A stretch of 48,774 nt of DNA from Phycisphaera mikurensis (GTDB lineage Bacteria; Planctomycetota; B15-G4; JADJEK01): the NCBI GenBank assembly GCA_020723465.1, contig DYIW01000004.1, forward strand, positions 1-48,774, written 5' to 3'. Both the position numbers and the translations under genes were made by a program. Numbering within the stretch: position 1 is the stretch's first letter; each line of letters starts with the position of its first letter. Below, piece after piece: positions 1-9,207 of this stretch. A model generated the notes under the pieces. The model did not search any database. It had not been told where the DNA came from and saw only the letters and a list, made by a program, of their open reading frames with translations.

Positions 1-247
1 TCAACTGTCCAAAGATCGTGGACGGCCGGTCGCAAAGACCGTGAGACGCCACAGCTGGGCCCGCACTCGGCGAGCACGAGGAGGAAGTTGCGCCAGGGGG
101 CGGCGGAGGGCACGTTCGGAAGGGCGTCAGCGGCGAGGCAGGCGCCGGCGCTGATGCCGACAGCCAGCAGGTAGAAGACGGCTACGGAGCAGCGCTCGAG
201 CCAGGGCACGGGTTTGCGGCGTCTGGGAGGGACGGGGAGGACCAGGT

Positions 248-323
248 TGGTCGGGGCGACTGGATTCGAACCAGCGACTTCATGCTCCCAAAGCATGCAC
301 TCTAGCCCCTGAGCTACGCCCCG
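248..323 (-). tRNA. tRNA-Pro (anticodon TGG)
   Basis: The reverse complement folds by eye into a 76-nt cloverleaf. Acceptor stem CGGGGCG/CGCCCCG, D arm GCTC..GAGT, anticodon stem CATGC/GCATG with loop TTTGGGA (anticodon TGG), T arm GCTGG-TTCGAAT-CCAGT, discriminator A and encoded CCA. Confidence 0.9.
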
Positions 324-335
324 GCCAGAGGCGGT

Positions 336-341
336 ATTGTA
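336..341 (-). promoter_or_regulatory. candidate -10 hexamer TACAAT upstream of tRNA-Pro
   Basis: Plus-strand attgta at 336-341 reads TACAAT on the tRNA strand, 12 nt upstream of the mature 5' end. No convincing -35 was seen. Confidence 0.3.
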
Positions 342-411
342 GCGGCTGGCGGGGCAGAGGAAGGGTCGCTGGTCGCGGGAATCCGTGCGAAGAGGGAGGG
401 GGCGACGCACC

Positions 412-1011
412 TCAGAACTTGCGGATGAGCCCGACCACGACGCCGCGTACCTCGGCGGAGGAGTAGCGCAGCGGTTGCATGTCGGGATGCGAGGGCTGTA
501 GGCGGACGCCATCCTCCTCGCGGTAGATGCGCTTCAAGGTGACGTCGCCGTCGGGGGTGGCCGCGACCACGATGTCGCCGTCGCTCGGAGCGCGCCGGCG
601 GTCGACGAGCACGAGGTCGCCGTCGGCGATGTGGTCCTGGATCATGCTCTCGCCAGTGACGCGAAGCAGGTGGTAGTCGCTGGGGTCGCGGATCCAGCCG
701 GAGAGATCGAAGGCCTCGGGGTCCTCGAAGGGCTGGCTGGGGCTGCCGGCGCGCACGAGCCCTAGAATGGGGAGGAGCAGGCCGGCCGCGGCGTCCGGCG
801 CTTGCTCGTGGAGGAGCTCGATGGAGCGGGCGCGGTTCCTGGTGCGGCGAATGACGCCCTTCTCCTCGAGGGACCTGAGATGTTCGTGAATGGTGATGCG
901 AGAGACCTTGAAGTGGGCGGCCATCTCGTCGAGGGTCGGAGCGACGCGGAACTGCTCAAGGAAGCTGCGCAGGAAGTCGAGGACCTGGAGCTGGCGCTTG
1001 GTGAGGAACAT
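412..1011 (-). CDS. lexA: LexA repressor (SOS regulator, S24 autopeptidase)
   Basis: 199 aa. N-terminal winged HTH (LTKRQLQVLDFL...TLDEMAAHF..SRITIHEHLRSLEEKGVIRR), Ala-Gly cleavage site (VRAGSP), catalytic Ser in GESM and Lys in LKRIY. GGAG lies 8 nt upstream of the ATG. Confidence 0.95.
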   Translation of the reverse strand: MFLTKRQLQVLDFLRSFLEQFRVAPTLDEMAAHFKVSRITIHEHLRSLEEKGVIRRTRNRARSIELLHEQAPDAAAGLLLPILGLVRAGSPSQPFEDPEAFDLSGWIRDPSDYHLLRVTGESMIQDHIADGDLVLVDRRRAPSDGDIVVAATPDGDVTLKRIYREEDGVRLQPSHPDMQPLRYSSAEVRGVVVGLIRKF

Positions 1012-1032
1012 GGACCGTTCTCCGGCCGGGCA

Positions 1033-1113
1033 TCACAAGAAGAGCAGGAGAGCGAGGATGATCGTCATGGCAAGGGCTGCGGCGCCGTCACGTCCGAGGA
1101 TGTCACGCTTCAT
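1033..1113 (-). CDS. candidate 26-codon hydrophobic mini-ORF upstream of lexA (MKRDILGRDGAAALAMTIILALLLFL)
   Basis: ATG at 1113 and TGA at 1033, read by eye (too short for the ORF track). AAGGAGGAG lies 11 nt upstream. About 20 of 26 third positions are G/C. It ends 21 nt before the lexA ATG on the same strand. There is no homology evidence. Confidence 0.25.
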   Translation of the reverse strand: MKRDILGRDGAAALAMTIILALLLFL

Positions 1114-1161
1114 GGCTTCATGCTCCTCCTTACGGACTCCTAAGGTAGGCAAATGTTAGGC

Positions 1162-1176
1162 GAACAGAAAGCGAAC
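1162..1176 (-). promoter_or_regulatory. candidate LexA operator, GAAC-N7-GAAC (GTTC-N7-GTTC on the lexA strand)
   Basis: GAAC at 1162-1165, 7-nt spacer agaaagc, GAAC at 1173-1176. On the lexA strand it sits 3 nt upstream of a -10-like TAACAT (1153-1158). This is the direct-repeat SOS-box format described for alphaproteobacterial LexA. Confidence 0.4.
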
Positions 1177-1199
1177 GGAAAGCGCTTTCCGCTTTTTTC
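1176..1199 (+). terminator. perfect 16-nt palindrome CGGAAAGCGCTTTCCG followed by CTTTTTTC (terminator-shaped on the + strand; could instead be an operator)
   Basis: Palindrome at 1176-1191, then a T6 run, which is unusual in this GC-rich DNA. No + strand gene lies upstream, so its role is unclear. Confidence 0.3.
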
Positions 1200-1210
1200 T
1201 TGAGGCTCCG

Positions 1211-2863
1211 ATGAGTGAAGGCAAGTGCTTTACGGGAAATGAAATACGGCAGAAGCAGATCCCGGGAGGGTTCCTCGGCCCGAGGTTCTTATCGGCGCGC
1301 GCCGAGGACTGCGCGTCCCTGGTGGCCGCGGATGTCGTGGTGATCGGCGGCGGAGTGGCTGGCCTGTGCGCCGCGCTCGAGGCTGCGCGGCAGAAGAGCG
1401 TGGTGCTGGTCACGAAGGCGCAGCTCGAGGAGTCGAACACGCGCTACGCCCAGGGCGGCATCGCGGCCGTGCTCGGGGATGACGACTCCTTCGCCGCGCA
1501 CATGGACGACACGATGACGGCCGGCGCGGCCCTGTGCCACGCGGACGTGGTGGAAGCGATCGTCAAGCGCGGCCCGGGGGCGATCCACATGCTGATCGAT
1601 CTGGGAGGGAGCTTCGACGTGCGCGAGGACGAGATCGCGCTCGCGCGCGAGGGAGGACACTCGCGCGGCCGTGTGATCCACGCCCGCGGGGACGCCACGG
1701 GCATGGAGGTGCAGAGCGTGCTCGAGGCGCGGGTGCGGGCGGAGTCGCGCATCCGCGTGCTGGAGAACACCTTCGCCGTGGACATCGTGACCGCGGGCGG
1801 CGCCGTGGCCGGCCTGGTGGTGCTTCCGGCCAGGGGCAGGTTCACCTTCCTGCGCTGCCGGGCGGTGGTGCTGGCCTCGGGCGGCGCCGGTCAGATCTAC
1901 CGCGAGACGACGAACCCGGCCGTGGCGACCGGCGACGGCGTGGCCATGGCCTTTCGCGCCGGGGCGCTGCTGCGCGGCCTGGAGTTCTACCAGTTCCATC
2001 CGACGACGCTGTACGTGCCCGGCGTGCCGCGCCTGCTCATCTCCGAGACGGTGCGCGGCGAAGGGGGCCTGCTGCGGGACAAGAACGGCGTGCGCTTCAT
2101 GCCGGACGAGCATCCGAGCGCCGAGCTGGCGCCGCGCGACATCGTCAGCCGCGCCATCGTGCGGCGCATGATCGCGACCGGCGACTCGTGCGGCTACCTG
2201 GACGTCACCCACATCCCGGAGGCGCACTTCCGTGGCCGCTTCCCGGGCATCACCAAGGTCCTGGACGACTACCGCATCGACTTCACGCACGAGCCCATCC
2301 CCATCCACCCCGCCGCCCACTACATGATCGGCGGCGTGGTGGCGGACGTGAGCGGGCGCACCTCGGTGCCGGGCCTGTTCGCCGCCGGCGAGGTGGCCTC
2401 GACCGGCCTGCACGGGGCCAACCGCCTGGGGTCCAACTCCCTGCTCGAGGGGCTGGTCTGCGGCAGCAGCGCCGGCCAGCTCGCCGCCGAAACGCCGAGC
2501 CCGCCGTTCGCCGCATACGACGAAGGCGATGTGCCGCACCTCAGCGAGCCGGCCATGATGGACCGGCGCGACCTGTGGAACTCGCTCCGGGCGATCATGT
2601 GGAAGCGCGTGGCCATCGAGCGCGACGGCGTGAGCCTGCGCTTCGCCGACGAGCGGCTGCAGCGCTGGTCCGACATCCTCCTGCGCACCCGTTTCGACGA
2701 CGCGAACGGGCTGGAGCTGGTGAACGCCATGACCATCGCCCGCCTGGTGACGGCCGCGGCGCTCTACCGCGAGGAAAGCCGCGGCGCGCACTTCCGCCGC
2801 GACTTCCCCGCGACCGACGACGCGAACTGGCGCGTCGACCTGAACATCTCGCGCAAGGCGTAG
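1211..2863 (+). CDS. nadB: L-aspartate oxidase
   Basis: 550 aa. FAD dinucleotide-binding motif DVVVIGGGVAGLCAALEA, RYAQGGIAA, succinate dehydrogenase/fumarate reductase flavoprotein-like core, C-terminal ESRGAHFRRDFP. GAGG lies 5 nt upstream of the ATG. The first ~35 codons have weaker codon bias, so the true start may be downstream. Confidence 0.93.
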   Translation: MSEGKCFTGNEIRQKQIPGGFLGPRFLSARAEDCASLVAADVVVIGGGVAGLCAALEAARQKSVVLVTKAQLEESNTRYAQGGIAAVLGDDDSFAAHMDDTMTAGAALCHADVVEAIVKRGPGAIHMLIDLGGSFDVREDEIALAREGGHSRGRVIHARGDATGMEVQSVLEARVRAESRIRVLENTFAVDIVTAGGAVAGLVVLPARGRFTFLRCRAVVLASGGAGQIYRETTNPAVATGDGVAMAFRAGALLRGLEFYQFHPTTLYVPGVPRLLISETVRGEGGLLRDKNGVRFMPDEHPSAELAPRDIVSRAIVRRMIATGDSCGYLDVTHIPEAHFRGRFPGITKVLDDYRIDFTHEPIPIHPAAHYMIGGVVADVSGRTSVPGLFAAGEVASTGLHGANRLGSNSLLEGLVCGSSAGQLAAETPSPPFAAYDEGDVPHLSEPAMMDRRDLWNSLRAIMWKRVAIERDGVSLRFADERLQRWSDILLRTRFDDANGLELVNAMTIARLVTAAALYREESRGAHFRRDFPATDDANWRVDLNISRKA

Positions 2864-2876
2864 CCCGCCGCGCGCA

Positions 2877-3470
2877 TCAGCGCGGTATCCACACGACGCG
2901 GCCGGCCTCGAGCGCGGAATCGTCGCGGTCGGGAAGGTCCGGGTTGACGCGGCGCAGGGCCGCGACCCGGTTGGGCGCGCCGTAGAAGCGCTGGCTCAGG
3001 TCGCGGAGCGACTCGCGACCGCTGGTGAGATGCTCCTCGTAGCGCTCCACCGGGATGATGATCTGGCAGCCGGGCTTGAGGTTGTCGGGATCGGACAGGC
3101 TGTTCCGCCGCGCCACGCGTTCGACCAGATCCTTGGCCGCCGAGCCGAGATGGTCGCGCGTGATCGCTCCAAGCGTGTCGCCGGCCCGCACCTGGTAGCG
3201 CAGCTCGCGCGCGGGAGGCTCGGGAGCTGCCGCCGGGCCGGCGCTCGCCGCCGTCGGCGTGCCGCCGGAGGGAGCTGCCGCCTCGGCGCCCGGAGCCGGC
3301 GGCGCTGGCTCCGGCACACGCGCCGGACCGCCGCCGACGATGAGGCGCAGCACCGGGGAATCGGCCGCTTCCCGGCCGGCCGCCCTGCCGCCCGTGTTCT
3401 GCTCGACGAAGAGGACGCCCGCGACCACGACCAGGGCCAGCAGCAGGAGGCCGATCGTCTTCCTTCGCAC
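2877..3470 (-). CDS. LysM domain-containing membrane-anchored protein
   Basis: 197 aa. N-terminal TM segment (IGLLLLALVVVAGVLFV), Ala/Pro-rich linker, then two LysM-like segments (YQVRAGDTLGAITRDHLG... and SLRDLSQRFYG...NPDL). Confidence 0.75.
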   Translation of the reverse strand: MRRKTIGLLLLALVVVAGVLFVEQNTGGRAAGREAADSPVLRLIVGGGPARVPEPAPPAPGAEAAAPSGGTPTAASAGPAAAPEPPARELRYQVRAGDTLGAITRDHLGSAAKDLVERVARRNSLSDPDNLKPGCQIIIPVERYEEHLTSGRESLRDLSQRFYGAPNRVAALRRVNPDLPDRDDSALEAGRVVWIPR

Positions 3471-3503
3471 GCTGTCCTCCGCGCCGCGCGGGCGGCGCCC
3501 AAG

Positions 3504-6431
3504 CTAGGTCGCCGCGGCCGCGGCCGTCTTCATGGGCTTGCCGCCCTTTCGCTGCTGCCAGGCCGTGAACAGGACGACCAGCGGGCTGGCGATGAAGACA
3601 GTCGAGTACGACCCCACGAACGTGCCCACGAGCATGACGAAGGCGAAGCCCTCGAGCACGTTGCCCTGGCCGAAATTGAGCACGAACAGGATGGCGACCG
3701 CCATCAGCACCGTCAAGGCGGTAAGCAGGGTGCGCGACAGCGTCTGGTTGACGGAAAGATCGATCACTTCCACGAGCGGCTTGGCGACACGCGGCAGGTT
3801 CTCGCGCACGCGGTCGAAGATGACGATGGTGTCGTTCAGCGAGTAGCCCACGATCGTCAGGAAGGCGCCGACCATGGTGAGGTCGAGCTCGATGTTGACC
3901 AGGCCGAGGTAGTGGACCAGCGCCACCGCGCCCATGGCGAAGAGCACGTCGTGCACCGTCGCGATGCAGGCCGCCAGGCCCCAGTAGAAGTCGTGGAAGC
4001 GCACGCGGATGTAGATGAGGATGAGGAGGACGGCCACGATGATGGCCTTGATGGCGCTGTCGCGCAGCTCCCCGCCCACCTTGCCGCCGATGTACTGGCT
4101 CTCGGGGATGGGATCGGACAGGCGCACGCCCCCTGGCAGGTCGATGAGCGCTCCCGCGGTCTCGGCGCGCACTCGGTCCGGGTTGACCACCACGCCGTAG
4201 CGGGCCGCCACGCGAAAGGACTGCGCCGGCGAGGCTCCGGACACCGGCTCGATCGAGTCCACGGCGATGCGGTCCGCGAGGCTGCCCTGGACCGCCTCCT
4301 GGGCGATCGGCGCGGAGAAGTTGAGCGTGAACGCGGCCGTGGAGCGCTGGTTGCCCTCGTCCGGCGTCACCAGGATGTCGTCCACTCCCAGCGGCAGCAT
4401 GCGGTCGCCGAGCACGGACGTGATGTCGGCCAGGAAGCGCTCGCGCTGGTCGCCGGCGACCGCCTCCTCCGCCGCTTCGCTGCGGATGGTGATGCGGAAG
4501 TCGCGCGCGGTCCCAGTCGGCGAAGGCGCGCCCTCGGCGTCCTGCATGGACACGACCTGCACCGTGTCATGCAGCGGCCTGATGGCCGCGAAGACCTCCT
4601 GCTGAGGGACCGGCTCCTTGAGGCGGATGTGCGCCTGGAAGCCTCCGGCGAAGTCGACGCCCTGGAGCCGGTCGTAGTCGTAGGCAAAGAGCGCCAGCCC
4701 GCCCACGATCGTGACCCCGGAGAAGATCAGGCTGGGAACCAGGTACCTGGTGAAGCGGATGTGGGTCTCCTTGACCATCTGCAGCATCCTGAGGTCCTGG
4801 AACAGCTCGCGGTCGAGGCAGAAAGAGAAGAGCAGCTTGGAGCCGAGCAGGGCCGCGAACATCGTGGTGACGATGCCGAGCATGAGCGTGACGGCGAAGC
4901 CGCGCACCGGTCCGGTGCCGATATAGTAGAGGGCGATCCCGGCGAAGAGCGTGGTCACCTGGGCGTCGACGATGGTGACGAAGGCGCGCTCGAAGCCGTT
5001 CTTCACGGCCTGGAACAGGGTCTTGCCCTTGGCGCGCTCCTCGCGGATGCGCTCGTTGACGAGGATATTCTGGTCGACCGCCATGCCGATGGTGAGCACG
5101 ATGCCGGCGATGCCGGGCAGGGTGAGGGTCGCCCCCAGGAAGCCCAGGCCGCCGAGCAGGAGGTACATGCCGAGGAGCAGGGTGATGCAGGAGATGATGC
5201 CGGAGACCAGGTAGTACGTGCCGACGAAGGCCACCACCACGACGGCGGCCAGGATGCCCGCCAGGATGCCGCGGTCGATCGAGGCCTCGCCCAGCGTCGG
5301 GCCGATGGTGGCGCGCGACAGCTTCTCCGGCTTGACCTGGAGCGAGCCCGAGGAGAGCACGGTGCGCAGCGCCTTGACCTCTTCGACCTTGAAGCCGGTC
5401 ATGCCGCCGCCCTCGATGATGCCCTGCGAATCGATGCGGCTGTTGAGCTTGGGAGCGGTCGAAACCTCGCCGTCCAGCACGATGGCCATCAAGCGCTCGA
5501 GGTGCTTCTCCGTGAAGTCGCCGAAGGCGCTGGCGCGGTTGGCCCTCATGGTGAAGCCGAGCGCCGGATTGCCTCTGCTGTCTTGCGAGGGATGGGTGTC
5601 CTCGATGTCCTCGCCGGTGATGAGGTGGGCGTCGTCGATCTCCAGCAGCACGAAGGGGAACTCCTGGCGTCCCTCCTCGCGGATGGTCTTCTCGGTGTAG
5701 GGGAACCAGCGGTAGGAGATGCCGCCCACGCCGGCAATGTCGAATTGCCGCAGATCGACGCTGCGCGCGGTCCACTCCTGTCCGCCGTCCTTCAGCGCCT
5801 TCAGGTGGTCCTTGAGCTTCTGCTCCACCTCGCTCAGGACCAGCTCTCCGGCCTTCGACTGGGCGACGATGCGGAACTCGAGGCGGCCCAGGCTGAGGAT
5901 GACGCGCTCGTACGCCTCGGACTCCTCCATGGAGACACCCGGCAGCTCGACGATGAGCTCGTCCTCTCCCGCTTGACGGATCGACAGCTCCTTCACGCCC
6001 AGGCTGTCGAGCCGCGAGCTGTACGTGTCGACGGTGCGCTCGAGCAGGGCGGCGCGCGCGTCCGGGGCCACGTCCTTCATGTCGATGCGGTAGCGCAGGG
6101 CCGTGCCGCCCATCAGGTCGAGCCCGAGGTTCAGGTCGACCTCGAAGTTCAGCCAGTCCTGGTCGGTGATCTTGGCGCGGCTGAGCGTCTTCTTCTGCCC
6201 CGAGGCGCGCTCGACGGTGACGCTCTCCTCCGTCTCCTCCACGACCGTGCCGGTGATCACGGTCCCGTCCTCGAGCGTGAACTTGGTGCGCCTCTCGAAG
6301 AGGCCCCAGGTCGCGGCCGCCAGCACGACCAGGAAGAGGACGATCTTGGACTTGAAGTCCGGCACCAGGGTCTGGGTCTGCGCCATCTCGGGCCGCGCTC
6401 CAGGAAAGTGCTGTTGGAACGGAACCGCCAC
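3504..6431 (-). CDS. secDF: fused protein translocase subunit SecDF
   Basis: 975 aa. SecD-type GLDLMGGTALRYRI, a first 6-TM block, SecF-type GVDFAGGFQAHIRL, then a second TM block. The start is ambiguous: GTG at 6431, or ATG at 6386 (MAQTQTL...) with GGAG upstream. Confidence 0.9.
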   Translation of the reverse strand: MAVPFQQHFPGARPEMAQTQTLVPDFKSKIVLFLVVLAAATWGLFERRTKFTLEDGTVITGTVVEETEESVTVERASGQKKTLSRAKITDQDWLNFEVDLNLGLDLMGGTALRYRIDMKDVAPDARAALLERTVDTYSSRLDSLGVKELSIRQAGEDELIVELPGVSMEESEAYERVILSLGRLEFRIVAQSKAGELVLSEVEQKLKDHLKALKDGGQEWTARSVDLRQFDIAGVGGISYRWFPYTEKTIREEGRQEFPFVLLEIDDAHLITGEDIEDTHPSQDSRGNPALGFTMRANRASAFGDFTEKHLERLMAIVLDGEVSTAPKLNSRIDSQGIIEGGGMTGFKVEEVKALRTVLSSGSLQVKPEKLSRATIGPTLGEASIDRGILAGILAAVVVVAFVGTYYLVSGIISCITLLLGMYLLLGGLGFLGATLTLPGIAGIVLTIGMAVDQNILVNERIREERAKGKTLFQAVKNGFERAFVTIVDAQVTTLFAGIALYYIGTGPVRGFAVTLMLGIVTTMFAALLGSKLLFSFCLDRELFQDLRMLQMVKETHIRFTRYLVPSLIFSGVTIVGGLALFAYDYDRLQGVDFAGGFQAHIRLKEPVPQQEVFAAIRPLHDTVQVVSMQDAEGAPSPTGTARDFRITIRSEAAEEAVAGDQRERFLADITSVLGDRMLPLGVDDILVTPDEGNQRSTAAFTLNFSAPIAQEAVQGSLADRIAVDSIEPVSGASPAQSFRVAARYGVVVNPDRVRAETAGALIDLPGGVRLSDPIPESQYIGGKVGGELRDSAIKAIIVAVLLILIYIRVRFHDFYWGLAACIATVHDVLFAMGAVALVHYLGLVNIELDLTMVGAFLTIVGYSLNDTIVIFDRVRENLPRVAKPLVEVIDLSVNQTLSRTLLTALTVLMAVAILFVLNFGQGNVLEGFAFVMLVGTFVGSYSTVFIASPLVVLFTAWQQRKGGKPMKTAAAAAT

Positions 6432-6508
6432 GACGGCGGTGGGATCATCTCATCTCCGGCCCAGACGGGCCGGATGCTGCTCCTGCGGGGAGACGGGCCG
6501 CCGCACGG

Positions 6509-6940
6509 CTAGACGGCCGGAGCATCGGCCGCCCCGCCCGGCGCGCCGGTCTTCTCATCCTGGGCCACGCTCGCCTTGTGCGCAGCCGCGCCGCCGGCCT
6601 GCCACTTCTCGGCGACGCGCGCCGCCTTGCCGGTGCGGCCGCGCAGGTAGTAGAGCTTGGCGCGGCGCACGCGCCCGTGGCGCCGCACGCGCACGCCGGC
6701 TACCCGGGGCGAGTGGATGGGGAAGACGCGCTCCACGCCCTCGCCCTGCACGATGCGGCGCACGGTGAAGGTTCTCGCCACGCCGCGCCCCTTGATGGCG
6801 ATGACCATGCCGGAGAACACCTGGATGCGTTCCTTGTCGCCCTCGGTGATGCGCACCTCGACGTCCACCGAGTCGCCGACGTCGAAGGAGGGAACCGATT
6901 CCTTGAGGCTCTTCTTGTCCAGATGGTCCATCAGATCCAT
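6509..6940 (-). CDS. rplS: 50S ribosomal protein L19 (with ~30-aa Ala/Gly/Lys-rich C-terminal tail)
   Basis: The ORF-track entry was trimmed to the ATG at 6940 (MDLMDHLDKKSL...FDVGDSVDVEVRITEGDKERIQVFSGMVIAIKGRG...RRAKLYYLRGRTGKAARV). It lies immediately downstream of trmD, as in the conserved operon. Confidence 0.9.
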   Translation of the reverse strand: MDLMDHLDKKSLKESVPSFDVGDSVDVEVRITEGDKERIQVFSGMVIAIKGRGVARTFTVRRIVQGEGVERVFPIHSPRVAGVRVRRHGRVRRAKLYYLRGRTGKAARVAEKWQAGGAAAHKASVAQDEKTGAPGGAADAPAV

Positions 6941-6984
6941 GGCCGCACCTCTATCCGTGTCTCGAGCACGCCTGCGCGCGCCGC

Positions 6985-7683
6985 TCACCGCCCCTGGCGC
7001 TCTCGCGGCTCCTGCGGCGCCGCGCCGGAGCGCTCCTGGGTCCGTCTGGCCGCCTCCTGCCGGCGCCACGCCTCGATCTCGGCGTGGTTGCCGGACAGGA
7101 GAACCTCCGGAACGCTCATGCCGCGGAACACCCGGGGCCGGGTGAACTGCGGAAAGTCGAGCAGTCCTTCACGAAACGACTCCCTGAGCGCCGACTCCTC
7201 GTCGCCGAGCACTCCGGGTAGGAGGCGCGCGATCGCGTCGATGATCACCATCGCCGGGACCTCGCCGCCCGACAGCACGTATTCGCCGATGGAGATCTCC
7301 TCCCAGGAGATCCCGAGGCGGATGCGCTCGTCGAACCCTTCGTACCGGCCGCACAGGAGCACGAGCTCCGGGAGGCCCGCCAGCCGCTCCGCCGCCGCCT
7401 GCGTCAGAAGGTCGCCCGCCGGCGTGAGGAGCACCCGATGCATCGGGCCCCTCCGCGCCTCGAGGTCCTCGACCGCCTCGAAAACCGGCTCGGGCTTCAA
7501 GAGCATGCCCGGGCCGCCTCCGAAGGGCCGGTCGTCCACGCTCCCGTGCCGGTCCTTGGCGAAGCGCCGGAAGTCGATCAGGTCGACCTCCAGCGCTCCC
7601 TTGTCCTGGGCGATGCGGACGATGCTTTCGCGTAGAAAGCCGTCGAACAGGCCCGGAAACAGGGTCAGGACGTGAACGATCAT
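6985..7683 (-). CDS. trmD: tRNA (guanine37-N1)-methyltransferase
   Basis: 232 aa. [17 protein letters not shown]..., [38 protein letters not shown]. Confidence 0.95.
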   Translation of the reverse strand: MIVHVLTLFPGLFDGFLRESIVRIAQDKGALEVDLIDFRRFAKDRHGSVDDRPFGGGPGMLLKPEPVFEAVEDLEARRGPMHRVLLTPAGDLLTQAAAERLAGLPELVLLCGRYEGFDERIRLGISWEEISIGEYVLSGGEVPAMVIIDAIARLLPGVLGDEESALRESFREGLLDFPQFTRPRVFRGMSVPEVLLSGNHAEIEAWRRQEAARRTQERSGAAPQEPRERQGR

Positions 7684-7845
7684 CCCGCTGTCGCGGCGCC
7701 AGCCCTCCCCGCGCAGGCGCGTTCACGGCATGAGCCTGGCGCGTGCGAGCCGGGGAAGTTGACCGAGACTGGCAAAAGAGGCGTATGCTATCACTCGCTC
7801 CGGCGCGATCAAGATCCATGTGCGCCGCATGTTAGGGAGGCGCCG

Positions 7846-8499
7846 ATGTTCACCGGAATCGTGGAGGGGATGGGTCGGCTGGTGCGGCTCTCGAGCGGGC
7901 CGCTCGGCGCCCGCCTCGAGCTGGACCTGGGCCCGGTCGCCGAGGGGGTGAAGCTCGGGGACTCGATCGCCATCGAGGGCTGCTGCCTCACGGTCGTGGA
8001 GCGCGCGGGAACCACCTGCGCCTTCGACGCGGTGCCAGAAACTCTTTCCAGAACGACACTTGGGGAGAAGCGTCAAGGAGACATGCTGAACCTGGAGCGG
8101 TCGGTCGCGCTCGGCGGCCGCCTCGGAGGCCACCTGGTCACGGGCCACATCGACGGCCGCGGGACGGTCGCTGCGGTCGAGAAGAAGGGGAACGAATGGG
8201 ACTTCATGATCGAGGTTCCGCCGCCGCTCCGGCGCACCTTCATCGAGAAGGGATCGGTCGCCCTGAACGGGATCAGCCTGACGGTCGCGGCCCTGACGGG
8301 GGCCGGTTTCCGCGTGGCGGTCATCCCGCACACCATGCGCGTCACGACCATGGGACGGCTGAAGCCAGGCGACGCCGTCAACATCGAGGTGGACGTGCTC
8401 GGCAAGTGGGTGGCGCGGCTCCTGGAGCAGGGGCGGATCGAGGGCGGGGTGTCGCTGGAGACCCTGGCGCGCGAGGGCTTCGTCGCGCCTGGCGGCTGA
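7846..8499 (+). CDS. ribE: riboflavin synthase alpha chain
   Basis: The ORF-track entry was trimmed to the ATG at 7846, preceded by GGGAGG (7835-7840). MFTGIVEGMG start and two lumazine-binding repeats (GDSIAIEGCCLTV and GSVALNGISLTV). Confidence 0.9.
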   Translation: MFTGIVEGMGRLVRLSSGPLGARLELDLGPVAEGVKLGDSIAIEGCCLTVVERAGTTCAFDAVPETLSRTTLGEKRQGDMLNLERSVALGGRLGGHLVTGHIDGRGTVAAVEKKGNEWDFMIEVPPPLRRTFIEKGSVALNGISLTVAALTGAGFRVAVIPHTMRVTTMGRLKPGDAVNIEVDVLGKWVARLLEQGRIEGGVSLETLAREGFVAPGG

Positions 8500-8534
8500 T
8501 TCCCCCGGGCGCGCGCGGAGCGCGGCGTCTGGGA

Positions 8535-9134
8535 TCAGCGGGGAACGCGCAGCGAGCGCACGATCTCGAGGATCGGCGCCAGCGCGAAGTCCTCGGTCGG
8601 GCCGCCGGCGGTCACCACCAGCGAGCCGCCGGCGTGCTCGGCGAGGCCCAGGAAGAGCGTGAGGTCCTTGCCGGGCAGCGGCCCGCGGCTCGTGCGCACG
8701 ACCTCGTAGGCCAGGTCGGCGCCGTCGGCCGTGCGCGCGCTGCCCGAGGCCGCGCGCGGCGCCGGGGCGCCGTCATCGAAGATCGCCCGCCCGCTCTCGG
8801 CGAGCCTGGCCAGCTCCTCGCCGCGATCGAACATCAGGAAGACCTCGATGTCCTGTCCCGCGGGCGCGCGGATCAGCGCCAGGCGCGCTCCCTGGCGCGG
8901 CATGTCCTGCAGCCAGACCAGGCCCCGGTGCGGCGTATGCGAGGTGAAGGGATCCACCGCGCTCCAGCCTCTGGGCGGCAGGAAGGCGCCACCGTCCGCG
9001 GAGAACGCCAGCCAGTGGACGGCGTGCGTGCGTCCGCTGCGCGAGCGCGCCCCGGGTCCAGGCAGGCGGACCACGGCGGCCACGCCGAGCAGCGTGATGA
9101 CGAGCATGAGGAACGCGACGCGGGGGACGGTCAT
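8535..9134 (-). CDS. hypothetical protein with N-terminal signal/anchor segment
   Basis: 199 aa. N-terminus MTVPRVAFLMLVITLLGVAAVV. Same strand as, and directly downstream of, the SDR gene. No recognisable domain. Confidence 0.55.
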   Translation of the reverse strand: MTVPRVAFLMLVITLLGVAAVVRLPGPGARSRSGRTHAVHWLAFSADGGAFLPPRGWSAVDPFTSHTPHRGLVWLQDMPRQGARLALIRAPAGQDIEVFLMFDRGEELARLAESGRAIFDDGAPAPRAASGSARTADGADLAYEVVRTSRGPLPGKDLTLFLGLAEHAGGSLVVTAGGPTEDFALAPILEIVRSLRVPR

Positions 9135-9207
9135 GGGCGGGGCCTCCGCATCCCCTATCGGCCGCAGGCCGGGGGCGATTCAAGGAAGATCGGGGCGCGC
9201 GGCGGCG

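Noticed and set aside
1-209. A possible 3'-truncated minus-strand ORF downstream of tRNA-Pro (VPWLERCSVAVFYLLAVGISAGACLAAD...), running off the window start.
   Set aside because: It would need a GTG start with no evident RBS. Codon bias fades toward the window edge, there are no motifs and no stop is in view. I cannot support it as a gene.
3030-6512. Other very long shadow ORFs: 3030-6512 (+, 1160 aa), 36034-39114 (-, 1026 aa), 46181-48667 (-, 828 aa), 15229-17091 (-, 620 aa), 17721-19595 (+, 624 aa), 42161-44278 (-, 705 aa).
   Set aside because: Each is antisense or out of frame to a gene with strong family motifs (secDF, the FGE protein, the sulfatase, sppA, the helicase, rpoD). Each has the same Arg/Ala/Gly/His-rich composition typical of GC-driven shadow frames.
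7684-7845. I looked for an FMN (RFN) riboswitch upstream of ribE.
   Set aside because: None of the conserved RFN core strings is present. The gap is only 162 nt and is shared with the divergent trmD promoter. Only a weak TTGACC-19-TATGCT promoter-like pair was seen, and its spacer is too long to report.
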